DNA of 64,000 nucleotides from Lama glama. Taxonomy: Eukaryota. Under the pieces are notes generated by a model, which was given only the letters and a program-made list of their open reading frames with translations, had not been told where the DNA came from and ran no database searches. The position numbers and the translations under genes were made by a program. Position 1 is the first letter of the stretch; each line of letters opens with the position of its first letter. Shown here one piece after another: positions 49,096 to 61,554 of the stretch. The stretch covers positions 868,001-932,000 of the forward strand of contig CM052837.1 in the NCBI GenBank assembly GCA_028534125.1, read 5' to 3'.

Positions 49096-51859
49096 CTTCT
49101 GCCTTTGGGGCATTCTAGAGAAACACTTCTTTTCTGGCCTGGTTGTATTTTTAAGAAATTAACTGAATGAAAGAAGTGAGTCAGGCATATATCCCGCTTT
49201 TCCAACAACAGCTGTGCGTTAGGGCAACACAGAGGCAGAAAAAGCCAATCTTCTCTTTGTGAAAATACACCAGCTGTTCAGTGAAGCAGAAATAATAGAA
49301 TTAAAATACCACTGTTCTGCTGGCCCTGATCAGGTAGTAGCAACGATCATCAATGGCTGTTAATGAAGGAAAAGGGGGACAGAGAAACAGGTGGCTACTC
49401 TGTCCCTCCTGAGAGAAGTTCCCCGCACCTGCCGGGAGGTGTCATCGCAGATAAGTGACCACACGAGCAAGCTGCTCGTTCCCAAGGCTGACCCAGCCAG
49501 GAGCTGTGACCCCCGTTTGCAGACAGCACAGCGCGCAGGAGGACAAGGGAACGCACACGAGGGCGGCGCAGCCTGCAGCAGCCAGCCCGCAGAAAACTCT
49601 GCAGGACCAACGACCAGCCTCCTTAGCCAAGCAGAGTGAGAGAAGTCCACAGATGAAAGGTGGCTTGAGAGACACGTCAGCCAATTGCTGTGTTTGGACC
49701 CCGGTTCCAACCGAGCTGTAAACACCGCCCATGGGAAATCTGGAAGAATAGGGACCCCAGCTGGCTATTTGATGCTGACGGTCATTTTTAGGTGTGTCAC
49801 ACGATTGGACTGTTTACTTCCAAAGGGTCTTCACCGTTAGAGATCTTTTCTGAAACACTTGCAGATACATTAGCATCCTTTCTGGGACTTGATCCCAGTG
49901 GGCTGGGGGCTGGGTGGGCTGCGGGGGAAACGGGGCTGGCTGTGCGGTGAGCTTAGGAGCCGGGTGCTGGGCCCCTGGAGGTCATCGTGCCATTACCGTT
50001 TCTGACGTCAGTCCCTTGACTTTCACGTACGTGACTGAAAATGTCCACGTTAGAAAGTTAGAACTGCAAGGACAGGGGCTGCAAGGCGCTGTCCTGCGGC
50101 ACCAGAGTTTAAGGGACTATGGTTTCTTCCCTTGAAAACGTCCTCCTGCACGTGGACACAGAAGCGAAGGAGCAGGCGAATCTGCCCTGAAGAAGCACGC
50201 CTGCGGCCAGCCGCCCCGGAGCGCGCTCAGCAGTGCCCGGGGTGCGGTGTGGCGGGGCCGCGGCTTCGGCGCAGAACCAGGTCTCCTCCCGGCCTGCTGT
50301 GACTCCTCTGCTTCCTCCTCATCTAACCACTCTGACTTTTAATGTGGCCTGTCAAGTAACAGCACGTCACATCGGGATGAAGGGAGCTTTTGTTGAAATA
50401 AAAGAGGCGTTTGGGAAATGTCATGTTTGTTTTGGTTTGGGAGCCGAGTGCAGATTCAAACGCCCACTCGCTGGTCAGCGCAGCAGCACGGGTGCCACGG
50501 AGGCACCGCAAGACAGGAGGCCAGAGCCCCGGGCGGGGCGGGGCAGGGGGCAGGGGAGGGAGGCGGGATGAGGGTCTCTGTGCTGATCTGGGTCCACACC
50601 GTCCACTGCTCAACCCTGCAGCGCACGCGCCTACCTGGCCGGGCCCTGGGCTCCCTCCCCTGCACGCCACCCCTCACACCCCTGGACCCAAGGGCAGCAG
50701 ACCCCGCGAGGGGCCAGGGCTCAGCACCGGGTATCAGAAAGACCAGTCATGACCACTTCGGACACTTTCCTCTCGTGCTGGCCACAGGGCGGCGCAGCAG
50801 TGGCCGCGAGCATCCTCGGCGAGAAGCCCGGCAAAGCCCTAGCTCCCTGCGCTCCAGGGGAAGAGCCCTCAGAGCAGGGCTTGCCTCCCTCCGTGCTGCG
50901 ACTACCTCATCGTGGCCACTTTCCATCCTCCAATGACGCTGCCAAGCACAGAGCAGGAAAGAGACGGAGCGAGGGGCTCCCCTCCGCCCAGCAGGGCTGC
51001 AGGCAGGTGTCACCTCCCGAGCACCGTCGGCCCCGAAACAGTCAGGACGTCGGAAGTTCTCAGTGGTGAATATAACCTTACTCGGCCCACTCAGGTTGCT
51101 TTTAATAACGGCTGTGTTCTCGCAGTTTCCCCCAAATTCGCGGTGGCCTCTCCCAGGTGGGGGGCCCAGCTCCAGCTCCAGGGAAGGAGGCGCCCAAAGC
51201 CTGGTGGGGCCTGTTTCGGGCAGAGTCACCGTTGGGTGGCCATGCAGAAGGGTGGATGGTTGAGCCTAAGACACCGAGGCCAGGGACTCCTCCCTGCAGA
51301 CTGCGGTGGGGGCCAGTGGCCCTGGCAGCCTGGCAGGGCCCAGGGACGGGGCTCGTCCTGTCACCCATTCCGTTAGAGTCAAGGCCAGGAGGTGGAGCGC
51401 CTTGGTCACGGCACCACAATACGTGCCCTCAGCATGTCTGCGGAGCCTGCGGGGCCTCCTGGGCACTGTGGCATCTCCTGCCTGCACCACTGCCGACCAC
51501 TGAGCGGAACGGAGGCTGTGTGGGAGGGGGCGACAAGGGCTCAGGACGTAATCTAGAAACACGCGTGTTCTGTGGCCCAGGAACCCGGAGAGTTTCAGGA
51601 GCAGGAAGGCCCGTGCGCAGGGCTGGGCAGCGCAGAGCCAGGGCTCTGGGCCTGCCCTGCCCTCCCCGAGGGCTGCGTGCACTCTGCACAGTTGCCCTCT
51701 GGTCCAACATCACTTTCGGAGCGGGGAGGGGAGGGTTGGAGGAAGGTAAGGTCTCCAGTTACGAGATAAAGAGGCCCTAGGGATGGGCACAGCACAGCGA
51801 CTGCAGCCCACGCTGCTGCGCGGGACCAGGGGGGCGGCAGAGTCAGTCCTGGGGTTACC

Positions 51860-52025
51860 ACAGAGAGGAACTCTTCCCTCTCTTTGTTGTGTCCATAAGA
51901 TGTCCATAACGGAACCCACTGTGGTCACCAGTTCACACCACATGCAAATCAAGCCGTCAGGCTGCACACCTTAAACTTACACAGTGATGATGTCAATTAT
52001 TTCTCAATGAAACTGGGAAAAAATC
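51860..52025 (+). mobile_element. L1 (L1MA-type) extreme 3' end
   Basis: catgcaaatcaagccgtcaggctgcacaccttaaacttacacagtgatgatgtcaattatttctcaatgaaactgggaaaaaa. Confidence 0.7.
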
Positions 52026-52759
52026 TGCCTTCAGAACGATGACCCGATTAGGAAGCAGACATCTGGGTTACCACAAAGCTGGCGGTGGTTTTAAAACTTC
52101 GGGGGAGGCTGGCTTCCACTCTGAGCCTCAGTTGTCAATGACACAACTAAGGTGTTAGAGAACCTGACTCCGCGGCACTCCGAAACCCTCGCTGGCCAGG
52201 CGAGGACAGGCTCTAAACCCGGCTGAGTCCAGACTCCCTGGTTATTCCCAGCCTCACCACCACTCACAGCTGAACCACCTGCTTTTGACCTGGAGCAGGA
52301 CTCCTGAATCTCCCGGGGCCTCAGTTAGGCTGTCCGTCGCGAAGGCTTCCGTGGGTCCCATCGGGTTCCAGCACTGCTGGATGGACGCAGCCCCGCAGAC
52401 GTGATAAGCAGGGTGACTCCGCAGGCCCAGCTCCCGGCCTGGAGGCAGGGGCGGCCAGGCCTCTGTGCACAGGACCGGCCGCAAGGGGACAGTCTGGAGT
52501 CAGTCACATCGGGGCTGGGCGGCGGGACCCGCAGACCCATCACAGGTGTCGGGTCCAGAGTTTGGGGGGAGGGTGGCTCCGAATCCCTGGGAGAGCGGAA
52601 GCCGCCCACTTCCCACCCCTCTGACGTTCCTGGAATGGGGGCTCCCTGGCCTGCAGCTGGCCAGCAGGGCTCCCGAGACTCACACGCGCAAATCCACAAC
52701 CACACGCGCCTACCTACACTTCGTAGCTCCTGCACGATATTTGTGATTTAGCCTGTGGG

Positions 52760-53618
52760 TTTTCTTTTCTTTTTTTTTTTTTTTGGAGTTTTGTGCATTT
52801 TATTTAGCAAATTGAGACCATAAACTTAAACGTCTTCTATATACTACATGCATATATCCCAGAAGAAACCAGACGCGAATGCTTGATAGAAAATGTTTTT
52901 CCATGGCTTCTTTATAAACCCTGTTTCTCTCCTTTTTACATGCGCGCTGTGTCTGAAGAGGCCGCCAGCAGGAGTCGTCTTCCGGGTGCTGGTTTTGCGC
53001 CTCCACCTTCTGTCTCAGCCACGCTTCCCATTCTGTGTTCTTTCGAGCATGATGAGCTATTAGATCTGACCCTCCAGTGATGTGTGGACGTTCACCTGCT
53101 CCAGGAAAGGTGACCTGTTTGAATTTCTTGAAACCCTTCAGTTGACCACGATCACTGTTTACACTGGGTGCGTTTCTGGAGGCAGAGTCACCAGCCACCA
53201 GCGACTGGCTTCAGTCAGCAACGCCCCCTGGGAAGCCCCTGGCCGTCACCTGCAGCCCCTCGTGGCCAGGTGGCTCTTTAGCTGACCGTAGCGGTTCTTT
53301 CCTGAGCTCGCGTCGCTTCCTAGTTTCACTTTCTTGAGCGATTTTGTCACTTTCTGGTGTTGCTTCGTAGTCAAACGTGCTGTCTGTTTCCAGGTCCCGG
53401 CATGGCCTTTTCTGGCGTGGACGTCTTCCTCTTGTTTTTGACTTTCGCTTCAAGTTCTGGCTCTGGCTTTGTTCTTGAGTAGCTGCTCCAACGCGTCATC
53501 TTCTGCGGCTGCATCATCAATTTCTCTTCTTTTTTCTGATCTTAGTTTTTCTGTAGAAAGAGATTTATTGGCAGAATTCTTCACAGTGAACTTTAAATCT
53601 GTATCTGCAAATCAGTTA
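52760..53618 (-). pseudogene. NBN: Processed (retrotransposed), 5'-truncated nibrin pseudogene
   Basis: Minus-strand translations [28 protein letters not shown]; KRPCRDLETDSTF..ATPESDKIAQESE..KRRELRKEPLRSAKE; [54 protein letters not shown] match the NBN C-terminal third across several exon junctions with no introns. Then an NBN-like 3' UTR, AATAAA (52799-52804) and a poly(A) tail (52760-52784). Frameshifts present. Confidence 0.93.
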
Positions 53619-54358
53619 AACCTCTTCCAGGTTTAAAGCGAGGCGCCTGGGGAACTCTGGAGAACTCTTTCATTTCTGGGCCTTAATTCAGGGCTGTGTG
53701 AAAAAACTGGGTCAAAAGTGAATGAAAAGGGGCAATATCAGATGGTCTCCGGCTGGCCGCGCACCAGCCTCGAACCGAAGTCAGCGCGGGCCGCGCAGGC
53801 AGCCCGCGGGCGGGGAGCCCGGGAGCACCAGGCTGCAGGCCGTCTCGGACACCTGAGCTCGTGACAGACCTGGCTTTTCTCCTGGAAACTCTCAGTTGGG
53901 GTTTTTGAGCTGCTGCCTTTCCCGAGCCCGTGGGTCTCAACACTGGGTGTGAGGGATGCTGGTCTCTGTTTTGGGACATCCTGGGGGCGCCAGCCACACC
54001 GGGGCCACACGCTGGGGAGCAAGCTGCTGGCTGTGCCATTTTCTAACTAAAAAAGGAGATTAAAAACTCAACTTTACCACGTTTGAATATATGGATTGAC
54101 AGCGGTAGCTGGTTGTCATTTATGAACAAGAACACGTGCACTGGGAGCGGTGTGAGAAACGGATAAGCAGAGGCGGCTACTCAGACACACTCAGAGCTCA
54201 CACACACACTTCCACACTCGCTCCAGCTGGAGGGAACTGGAGGTCACTTGCTCTGACCCCTCACTTCACAAACACAAAGACTCGGGTCCAGAAAAATTAA
54301 GTGACTTGACCAAGTGGAAACATCTGGTCAGCAGCAGAAGCCAACCCAGAATCCAAGA

Positions 54359-54361
<3 letters not shown>

Positions 54362-54399
<38 letters not shown>
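54362..54399. repeat. (GT)19 perfect microsatellite
   Basis: Uninterrupted GT run. Confidence 0.95.
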
Positions 54400-54401
<2 letters not shown>

Positions 54402-55454
54402 CAAAACCAGTGTTCTGCACTAAGAATCCTTGTCGAAACAAATAAACAAACAAAAACGGGAGACTGTCCTACCAACCATAATAATCAGGCTAAGCCAGCT
54501 CTCCCGTGACCACGTGACGATGTGCTGAGCATAAATCGTGCTCACGAGGAGTGTATGCATGAGGGAGATGTCTATCTATTAACTTTCAAGGTTTAAAACT
54601 CTGCCCAGTGACCTCGTTACATCTGACGCTGCACGGAAATCCTGGATCCACCTGTGGGGAACTTCTCTGGGTGGTGGCACGTGGGTGACATTTTTGTCTC
54701 CAACGCTTCTGTCTTTCCCAGACCCTATAATAAGCGTATATAGTACATTTTTAAAACTGGAGAGAAAATGAGAATGTGTAACTAGAGATTTTCACCACAG
54801 CCACTGACCTGGAGAAGTTTGGGGTGACACTGACCATGTCCCAGGTTCTGGGCAGCTCTGCAGGCTCTCCGGCGCCAAGACAGGGCTGCCGCCTGAATCA
54901 GCCTCGTTCTCGTAACACCTGCAGATTTTGTTCCGCATCCACGTGTGCAGCGCACAGGAGAGTTCTGAGGTTGGAAGCCCCATTTTCCTGACTTCCTCCC
55001 CAACTCTGTCCCCACCCCCCCACCCCGTGGCCACACATGGCCAACCCAGCAGGTACTCAGCAAGCATCTGCCCCAGGCCTGGGAGAAAACGGTGGCCTGA
55101 GCCGCCTGACCTTGAATTCCTCTCTGTTTATTTCCCTGAAGCCCCTGGGGATAATCTGATTAATTCGACTAGAATTCAGTTTCCTTTAAAAAAAAAAAAA
55201 AGCTGTCTATTCTGCTGTGCGAGAACAGTTGACTACAGCCACTTCTCCAAAAGCTTTTTCCAGAAGAAACACTGACAGCCCAAACTGAGTATAACGTTCT
55301 TTTGAGTTCCCCAAGGTGGTCCTCGTGGCCATGGAATAATTTATAGTTGGGGTGCCCACACTAACACTGAGGCTCTAAATCCAGGAGGCAGCGTCTTCCA
55401 CAAAGCAGCCCCACTTTCCTTGACCTCTGATTATACTTAAAGGCACTGTTGTGT

Positions 55455-55560
55455 AGTTTACAAAGAAATGACGGCTCAGAGAGGTCAAGCAAGCTGCCCA
55501 AGGTCACACAGCAAATGCATAATGGATCAGGATGAAGCTCCAGTCTCCCCATCCCCAGTG
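55455..55560. mobile_element. MIR SINE fragment
   Basis: acggctcagagaggtcaagcaagctgcccaaggtcacacagc is the MIR core. Confidence 0.65.
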
Positions 55561-55849
55561 TGTTGCTCTTGCCTGAGTTAGTTAAGAAACTGGACTTGCA
55601 CAAGAAAGGAGTCTTCGAGGAGTGATGTGTCTTTCAGAAAAATCGTGGCCGGGGTCTGGGTAAGAGGAAGCCCCAGAGGGCACCAGGGGGTGAACCATCG
55701 CAGAATCCAAGTGAAAGCTTCAGAACGGCTTTCCTGTCAAAGAGGGCCTGGCTTTGACTAAAGCAGGGAGACTCTCAGGCAGCCGAGAAAATGTCAGGAA
55801 GTGTGAATGCAAACTTCAGGCCTATAGCACTTGACTCTTGAGCTTCTAG

Positions 55850-56387
55850 TATTCCGGAAAAATGTGTTACAGCTCAGTTGTGACAGCAACCTGGACCCGG
55901 GCGAGAGACCAAGTGGCACTCAGACCTGGAGAACTCAGGTTTATTACACCAACAGCGCCACAGAAGTTAGCACTTCCAGCTCTGCACCCCATCTGTATGG
56001 TTACACGGGCCTTTATAGGCTGCCAGTTTACACTTTGCAACATTATATGCAAATAAAGTACAACAGAAGTTGACCAACCAGGAATAAGCTTTGCAGAAAT
56101 AGCCCAATCAGGAGTGAGAGAAATAACCAATCAGGAGTGAGCTCCATGCAAATGAAGTACTATAAATGGGCCAATCAGAAGTTAGGGAAGTGGACCAATC
56201 AGAAGTGAGAGTAATAACCAATCAGGAGTGAGCTCAGGGAACCAATAGAACTTTAGGTGTAAGTTAGCCGCTTTAGAGGCAAAAAGTGCGATAGAGCTTC
56301 CCGGTCGAGGAACCGGATGGTGCCGGCAGGAGAGTAGTGGCCCTGCTCGGGGGTCCTGCCGGTCTTTTCGTGGGGCTTCCCTCCTCA
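55850..56387 (-). mobile_element. Solo endogenous retrovirus LTR (538 bp, ERV1-like) with 4-bp TSD
   Basis: Minus strand starts TGAGGAGG and ends ...GGAATA. CTAG flanks both sides (55846-55849, 56388-56391). Minus-strand TATAAA (56012-56017) precedes AATAAA (55940-55945). U3 holds six CCAAT boxes and two ATGCAAAT motifs. Confidence 0.8.
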
Positions 56388-59300
56388 CTAGCACCGCCCC
56401 CTCCCCACCCACCCCGCGGCTGCTCGTGCTCCTCCCCAAGCACCAGCCCGGCTTTCCTCCAGGTGCAGCGTCGGCTCACCTCGTCGACTGTGGCTCCCGC
56501 CGCAGGTCCGGGTCCACCTCCTGACTCTTCACGGCCGTATCTGGTTACCAGCGTGCGGTCAGGTAACCCGCCCCAAGGCCCTGCAAGGCTCTCCCAGGAA
56601 AGAGACTGAACCACGACCTGGTGGTAGGTCAGAGCACCCCCACACCCCCCGCCCCGGGTTGGTGGGTGATGGAACGGTCTCTGGAAAGCTGAAGTTAACC
56701 TACGGCAGCTACGGAGACAAGGAACTGGATCCTCAGAACCAGCACATCTGGTCCCGGCCAGGGCCTGGCTCCCAGGTCTTCCATGTGGGCTCGAATACCC
56801 AGCTTCCCTGGAACAAGGGACAAGGACGCAGACTTGGAGACCCAAGTAGGGACCAAGATCTGAACATCAAGGCACCAGACACTTGACCACGGAGACCCCA
56901 CGTCTCAAGAGGGAGAGGCAGGCAGCGTCACGCCAGCCGTCTCTCACGCTGTCCTCAGTTCCGTCCCTGCAGCCAAGTCCATCCTCCTCCGCCCCGGAGC
57001 CCCCCACCGCTCCTGCCGCGCGAATCAGAGCGAGTCTAACAAGACGCTCCGAAGCGTGGCGGCTCCAACAAGCCGGAAGGTTCCTGCTCTCTGGTGTAAC
57101 CGTGTGGTGGGCGCTGCTGCCCGCGGGGTCACCTGGGAGTCACCCTGGACACCCTGGTGTGTCCATCTGGATGCGAACATCCTCTTTGCTTCTCCTGGGC
57201 ACCGCCCCCCACCCCCCGCCCCTTGAGTCTCGGCTGGACCTGGCAATGTGATCCACGAAGAGAATGGCTGACGCGGCGTCCGAGGACTCCCAGGGTGCGA
57301 TCTTGGGAAGATGACGGCTCTGCCTGGGCCTCAGAGGGCGCTGGATCTCGAGGCCCTGAGTCACCTGAGGCGGGCGTCCTCACTGAGTCCAGCGTCCTGC
57401 GTCCCCACCAAAGTGCCATTCGCCCTCGGGAGGCCCGGGAGCACCAGGAGCCACTCCACCCACACCAGGGGGACAACCTGCTGGGATTCCCGACCCCAGG
57501 CTGGACCTAGGATGTTTAAGACCTTGATTTCACAGCAGTTTTTTTCTACAATAAAAATGTACAGACTGGGAGGTAACTCTGGAGAAACAGGTCCAGAACT
57601 GAAGGGTTTTTTTCAAAAACTGACTTCAGGGGCTCGGGTTGGACCAGGAAAGCTTACCCAGGAGCCTCGGTGCAGACCATGTGCAGACCACGTGGAGCCC
57701 TCTTCCTCCATGGCCTCACAGTCCGGGCTTGAGACTGCCCCACAGGAACGGCCAGCACTCAGAGCTGTGTGCTCAGTGGTGGGTCCTCGGAAACAGGGGA
57801 AGCGACAGTGGCAGGGGCCGGACCAGGCTGTGGCTGGGGAGGAGGGACTGGGTTGGGACAGGATGTGGGGCTGCCGGAGTTACAGCAAATCCAAGCAGGC
57901 GCTGGACCAGCAAGGGCCTCGGTGAGTGTAAGGGAGGAGGCGAATGCGACAGGACGGGTGCCAGGAGACCATGGGCGTCCTCATGTGCCCAGCTGTGGAG
58001 TTAGGCAGACATCCTTGTCTGTCCCCAGCAGAGGGAGCTGAGCAGGGCAGGGGCCTGGCAGAAGCTGGTAAGATCCTGAGCTCCTGGGCTGTGTCTGCTC
58101 CATCGGGGGCAGGGCCAGGGTGAGGGAGGGTTTACAGGGCTGCAGGGAGCAACGCCCCATCCTGCTGCACCTAGGAGGGAGGGCTGGCCCTTCCATCCAC
58201 TTCCTAGCAACCCCCCCCCAGAGGATTAGAACTAGGAAGAGAGCAGTGAGGCCCGCCCAGCCCCAGGAGGAGCAGTGAGGCAAGAGGAAGGGCAGATGGG
58301 CCGGCGGGCCCCCCAGTGCAGCAACACGTCTCCCTTCCTGCTCTGAGTGATGCAGCCTCCACTCTGAGGACAACCGTGGAGGCTGAGTTACGCAAACTGT
58401 GAGTTCAGATCCATCTGCGCCCAGTGAGAGGATGAGAGGGACACGGCCTGCCTGGTCCCCAGGCCCCTGAGCCCCGCCTGCCCGCCCACACGGATGCCCA
58501 GTCCCCAGCCCAGGCTGGCCCAGCCGCCGAGCTCCTTCCCATGTCCCCCAGAGCATCACACAGGGACAGGAGCAGATCCAGTGTGGCCCCGGCAGTGACC
58601 ACCGAGCTCTCCTGCCCACACCACGTGGCACCCCCCCTGCTCTGCCCCACTCCTGCTGCTCTCTCTGCTCCCTGCTTCCCCCTACCAGCCAATCCCAGTG
58701 TCCCCACCCCCATGTCCACTTGTCACCACCCACACCGCTCCCACCCTGCCCGACACACCTCCCCAGAACCAGCGAGGCCAGCCCATGTCTCCTCGGCTCC
58801 CAGACACCTGCTCGGGGCCCTCCTGCCCCTTCTCCTCTTTGCTTCCCTTCCAGGTGCTCTCTCCTCTGTTCACTGCCCACCCCCATCCTAGAACGAGGAC
58901 CTTCATGGTGGCCCCAGACCCACAGGGGCCCCTCCTTCTCGCATAGACCAGAGGGGCCTCCAAACTCAGGGCCCCCCACCACCGACTGGGCCTCTGGGGG
59001 TGCTTCTGTCCAGGGCAGCGGGGTCAGGGGCTGGCACCGAATTGGTGCCAGGAGACGTTTGTTGATGAAATAAATGGATCCCGTGACCTGCGTTGTGGCA
59101 TCCAGCCGCTCTCCTCTTCTCAGAACCCCAGGCCTGCCTGCTGCCCTCCCGTCGGTCCCCCTCACTCCATGTCCCAGTGCTACCCCCCACCCCCAGGACC
59201 GTCTTCTCTGGCACCTGGTCCTCCATCCCTGGAGCCCTGACGCCACCTCCCAAGTGCAGGATGAGGGGTGAGCTGATGGATCAGCTAACAGAGAAGAAGA

Positions 59301-60099
59301 CGCAAGTGGAATTTGCTCCAAAGCCCAGAAGCCAAACTTCCCTTAAGGAAGTGTCACTGCAGACAGCGTGCAGCAGACAGGGAGGGCCCTTGAGCTCAGG
59401 TGAGGTTTGGAATGTTGGTCCCGATGCTGCCTGGTGTCGTCCTGCTCTCAGAGTCCTCGCTGCCCCGCAGTCCAACGTCTGTCTCCACGCGCTACCCAAC
59501 GGTTGGTGGGTCCCTTCCTCCCAGGCCCCATGCCTGCAGAAATACTGCCATGTCTCCCTGCTGCCCCGTCCCCTCCCACACACCTTCAAGGGTGTCTCCA
59601 AAGACCCATCACCCTGGATGTCTGAACTCAGTGGTAAATCTCTTCCTTTTTGGAAGCTAGTGACACTGTTCATTTTCTCCCTCATAAAACGGTTGTGCGC
59701 GGCAGTATCTTATTTCCATCGTATCAGTCAGCAATCACTGTGTAACAAGCCATCCCAAAACTCAAGCAGCACTCTTTGTTGTTACAGCCCTGTGTCTGAG
59801 AGGATCAGGGTCGGAAAAACTTGTCTTTCAAAGCATGAGTGAGCAGCAGCTCTGGGACAGAGGGAGCTGTGTCCACACTGCATCTGGGCCCCTCTGGACC
59901 CCGTCTCCTGGGGGGAGTGGATTAGGGAGAGGGAGGCTGGGGCAGCGACCCTGAGCAGGGCAGGTGAGGCAGCTCTCGGTCCTCTGGGAGGGGCCTCAGA
60001 CCCAGCGTGCTGGCCCGGAGGAGCAGAGCCAGGTAGGCCCTCGCTGACCAACACCAGGGCTGAGCTGCCACTGGCCCGGCTCAGGGACACTTGCCAAAT

Positions 60100-60720
60100 G
60101 AACGAAAGGTCGCAGGACCCGCTCTCGGGGGACGGACTCCTTCCCGCCCAGCCGTGGCCCCCGTGCCCGCTCTGCGGCCATACGCCGCTCGGAGGGGCTG
60201 CGCTCGCTTCGCCGCCCACCGTGGCCACCTCAGATGCTTGGTGATTTGTGAACAAGGACCTTGACATGCACGAGGCTCGCCTCCCAGTCCCTCTTCCATA
60301 AAACGGGGTGTCAGCCGGGCGGCCTCTTGGGGGACGGAGGGGCAAGCGGCAGGCACGCGGCGGGAGCTGACGCGGCGCCGGCCCTCGGAGCGCGCTTCGC
60401 CGCCGCCGCCGCTGGGCTTCGCACCGAGAAGCGGGCCTCCGTCCCCGGGTGGGCACTCCCCCGCCCGGAGGGCTTGCCTTCGGGGGCCGGGGGCCCAGAG
60501 CAGCCCCGCCTGCGCCAGCGGGGCCTGGACTCACTTCCGCTGCCTGGGGGCCGAGACCAGGAGGAGACGGAACCCGGGCCCCCTGCCCGCGGGCCCCCAG
60601 AGCGGTGGCAACGACTCAGGGCATGGGGCCCCCTGGCCGCGCGGCAGGCCGGCCCTCTCCCTTTCTCAGGGCGCGAGCAGCCGTGCCGGGGGACCCGCCA
60701 TCCTCAGATTTCCACGGGGA
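60100..60720. promoter_or_regulatory. Orphan CpG-island-like element
   Basis: High CpG density, (CGC)n run, TGACGC half-CRE, CACTTCCG ETS motif. No associated coding sequence recognised. Confidence 0.4.
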
Positions 60721-61554
60721 CTCTCCTGACAATTCCCGGAACTGAGAAGCTGGCAGGGAAGGTCACGGGGGAGTGAGGTCCCGAGCGGCCGAGGTGAGGC
60801 CCCGGGGCAGGGGCTCGTCAGGCCGCACGCCCATGCAGCCGGCCCTCCGGGCTTCCGCAAGGCTGCAGAGATTAGGGAAGCAGGGAGACGCCAGCCCTGC
60901 CAAGGGAGGGGGGCCTTCTCTGCCCCGAGAAGCTGCTGCCTTTGCCCTGGAGATAAGGCTTCTGAGGACCGAGGCAGCGCGAGGCCCCCAAACACTTCCA
61001 CGGCGGCGGAAGCATCGCCCTTCGGCGCCCAGGGTGGGTGCCTCACGCGGCTTCTCGGTCGGGGACTTGATCATCTTTGTGGGTGGGGGGCGTGTGGCTC
61101 TTGCGTGAGGGGCTGCACTGTGACTGCAGCTAAGGGTCTTTTTAAAGCCTGTTTATCTATCGATCAGTTTATTCCGAGGCCTGAAAGAGGTGAGCCAGGG
61201 TTTAGGGAACATCAGACTCGGTCTTCGGTGTTTGTCTTGTTCAGGCACCGTCGGCTCGGCGCAGAGTCACTTTGAACGTCAAGGCGTCGGCAGGAGGGGA
61301 TGTTCAGTTTCAGAACCCTTCACTGGAAGGCGTAGGCCAGGGGCAGGATGTGGGGTCGGCTGGAGCCAGGGTCCTCCTCTGTGCTCCGTTCACGCAGCTG
61401 ACCTCCCTGCATGTCCCTTCTCTGGAAACATTCGAGCCCTAAGCCAAGGCTGTCGGGGCTCCAGCTGCACAAAAGCAGGTCCTAAGACGTCAGGGACAGC
61501 GCCAGACCGCGCTCCACGCCCGTCTGCACAGAACACACTGCCAACGAGCAGGCT

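Noticed and set aside
56100-56250. CCAATCAG repeats as a CRISPR or independent regulatory array
   Set aside because: They lie inside the U3 region of an LTR with TATA, poly(A) signal and TSD.
57981-59321. 446-aa minus-strand ORF
   Set aside because: Gly/Trp/Arg-rich, no domain, overlaps an L2-like remnant and C-rich low-complexity sequence. Expected by chance at this GC content.
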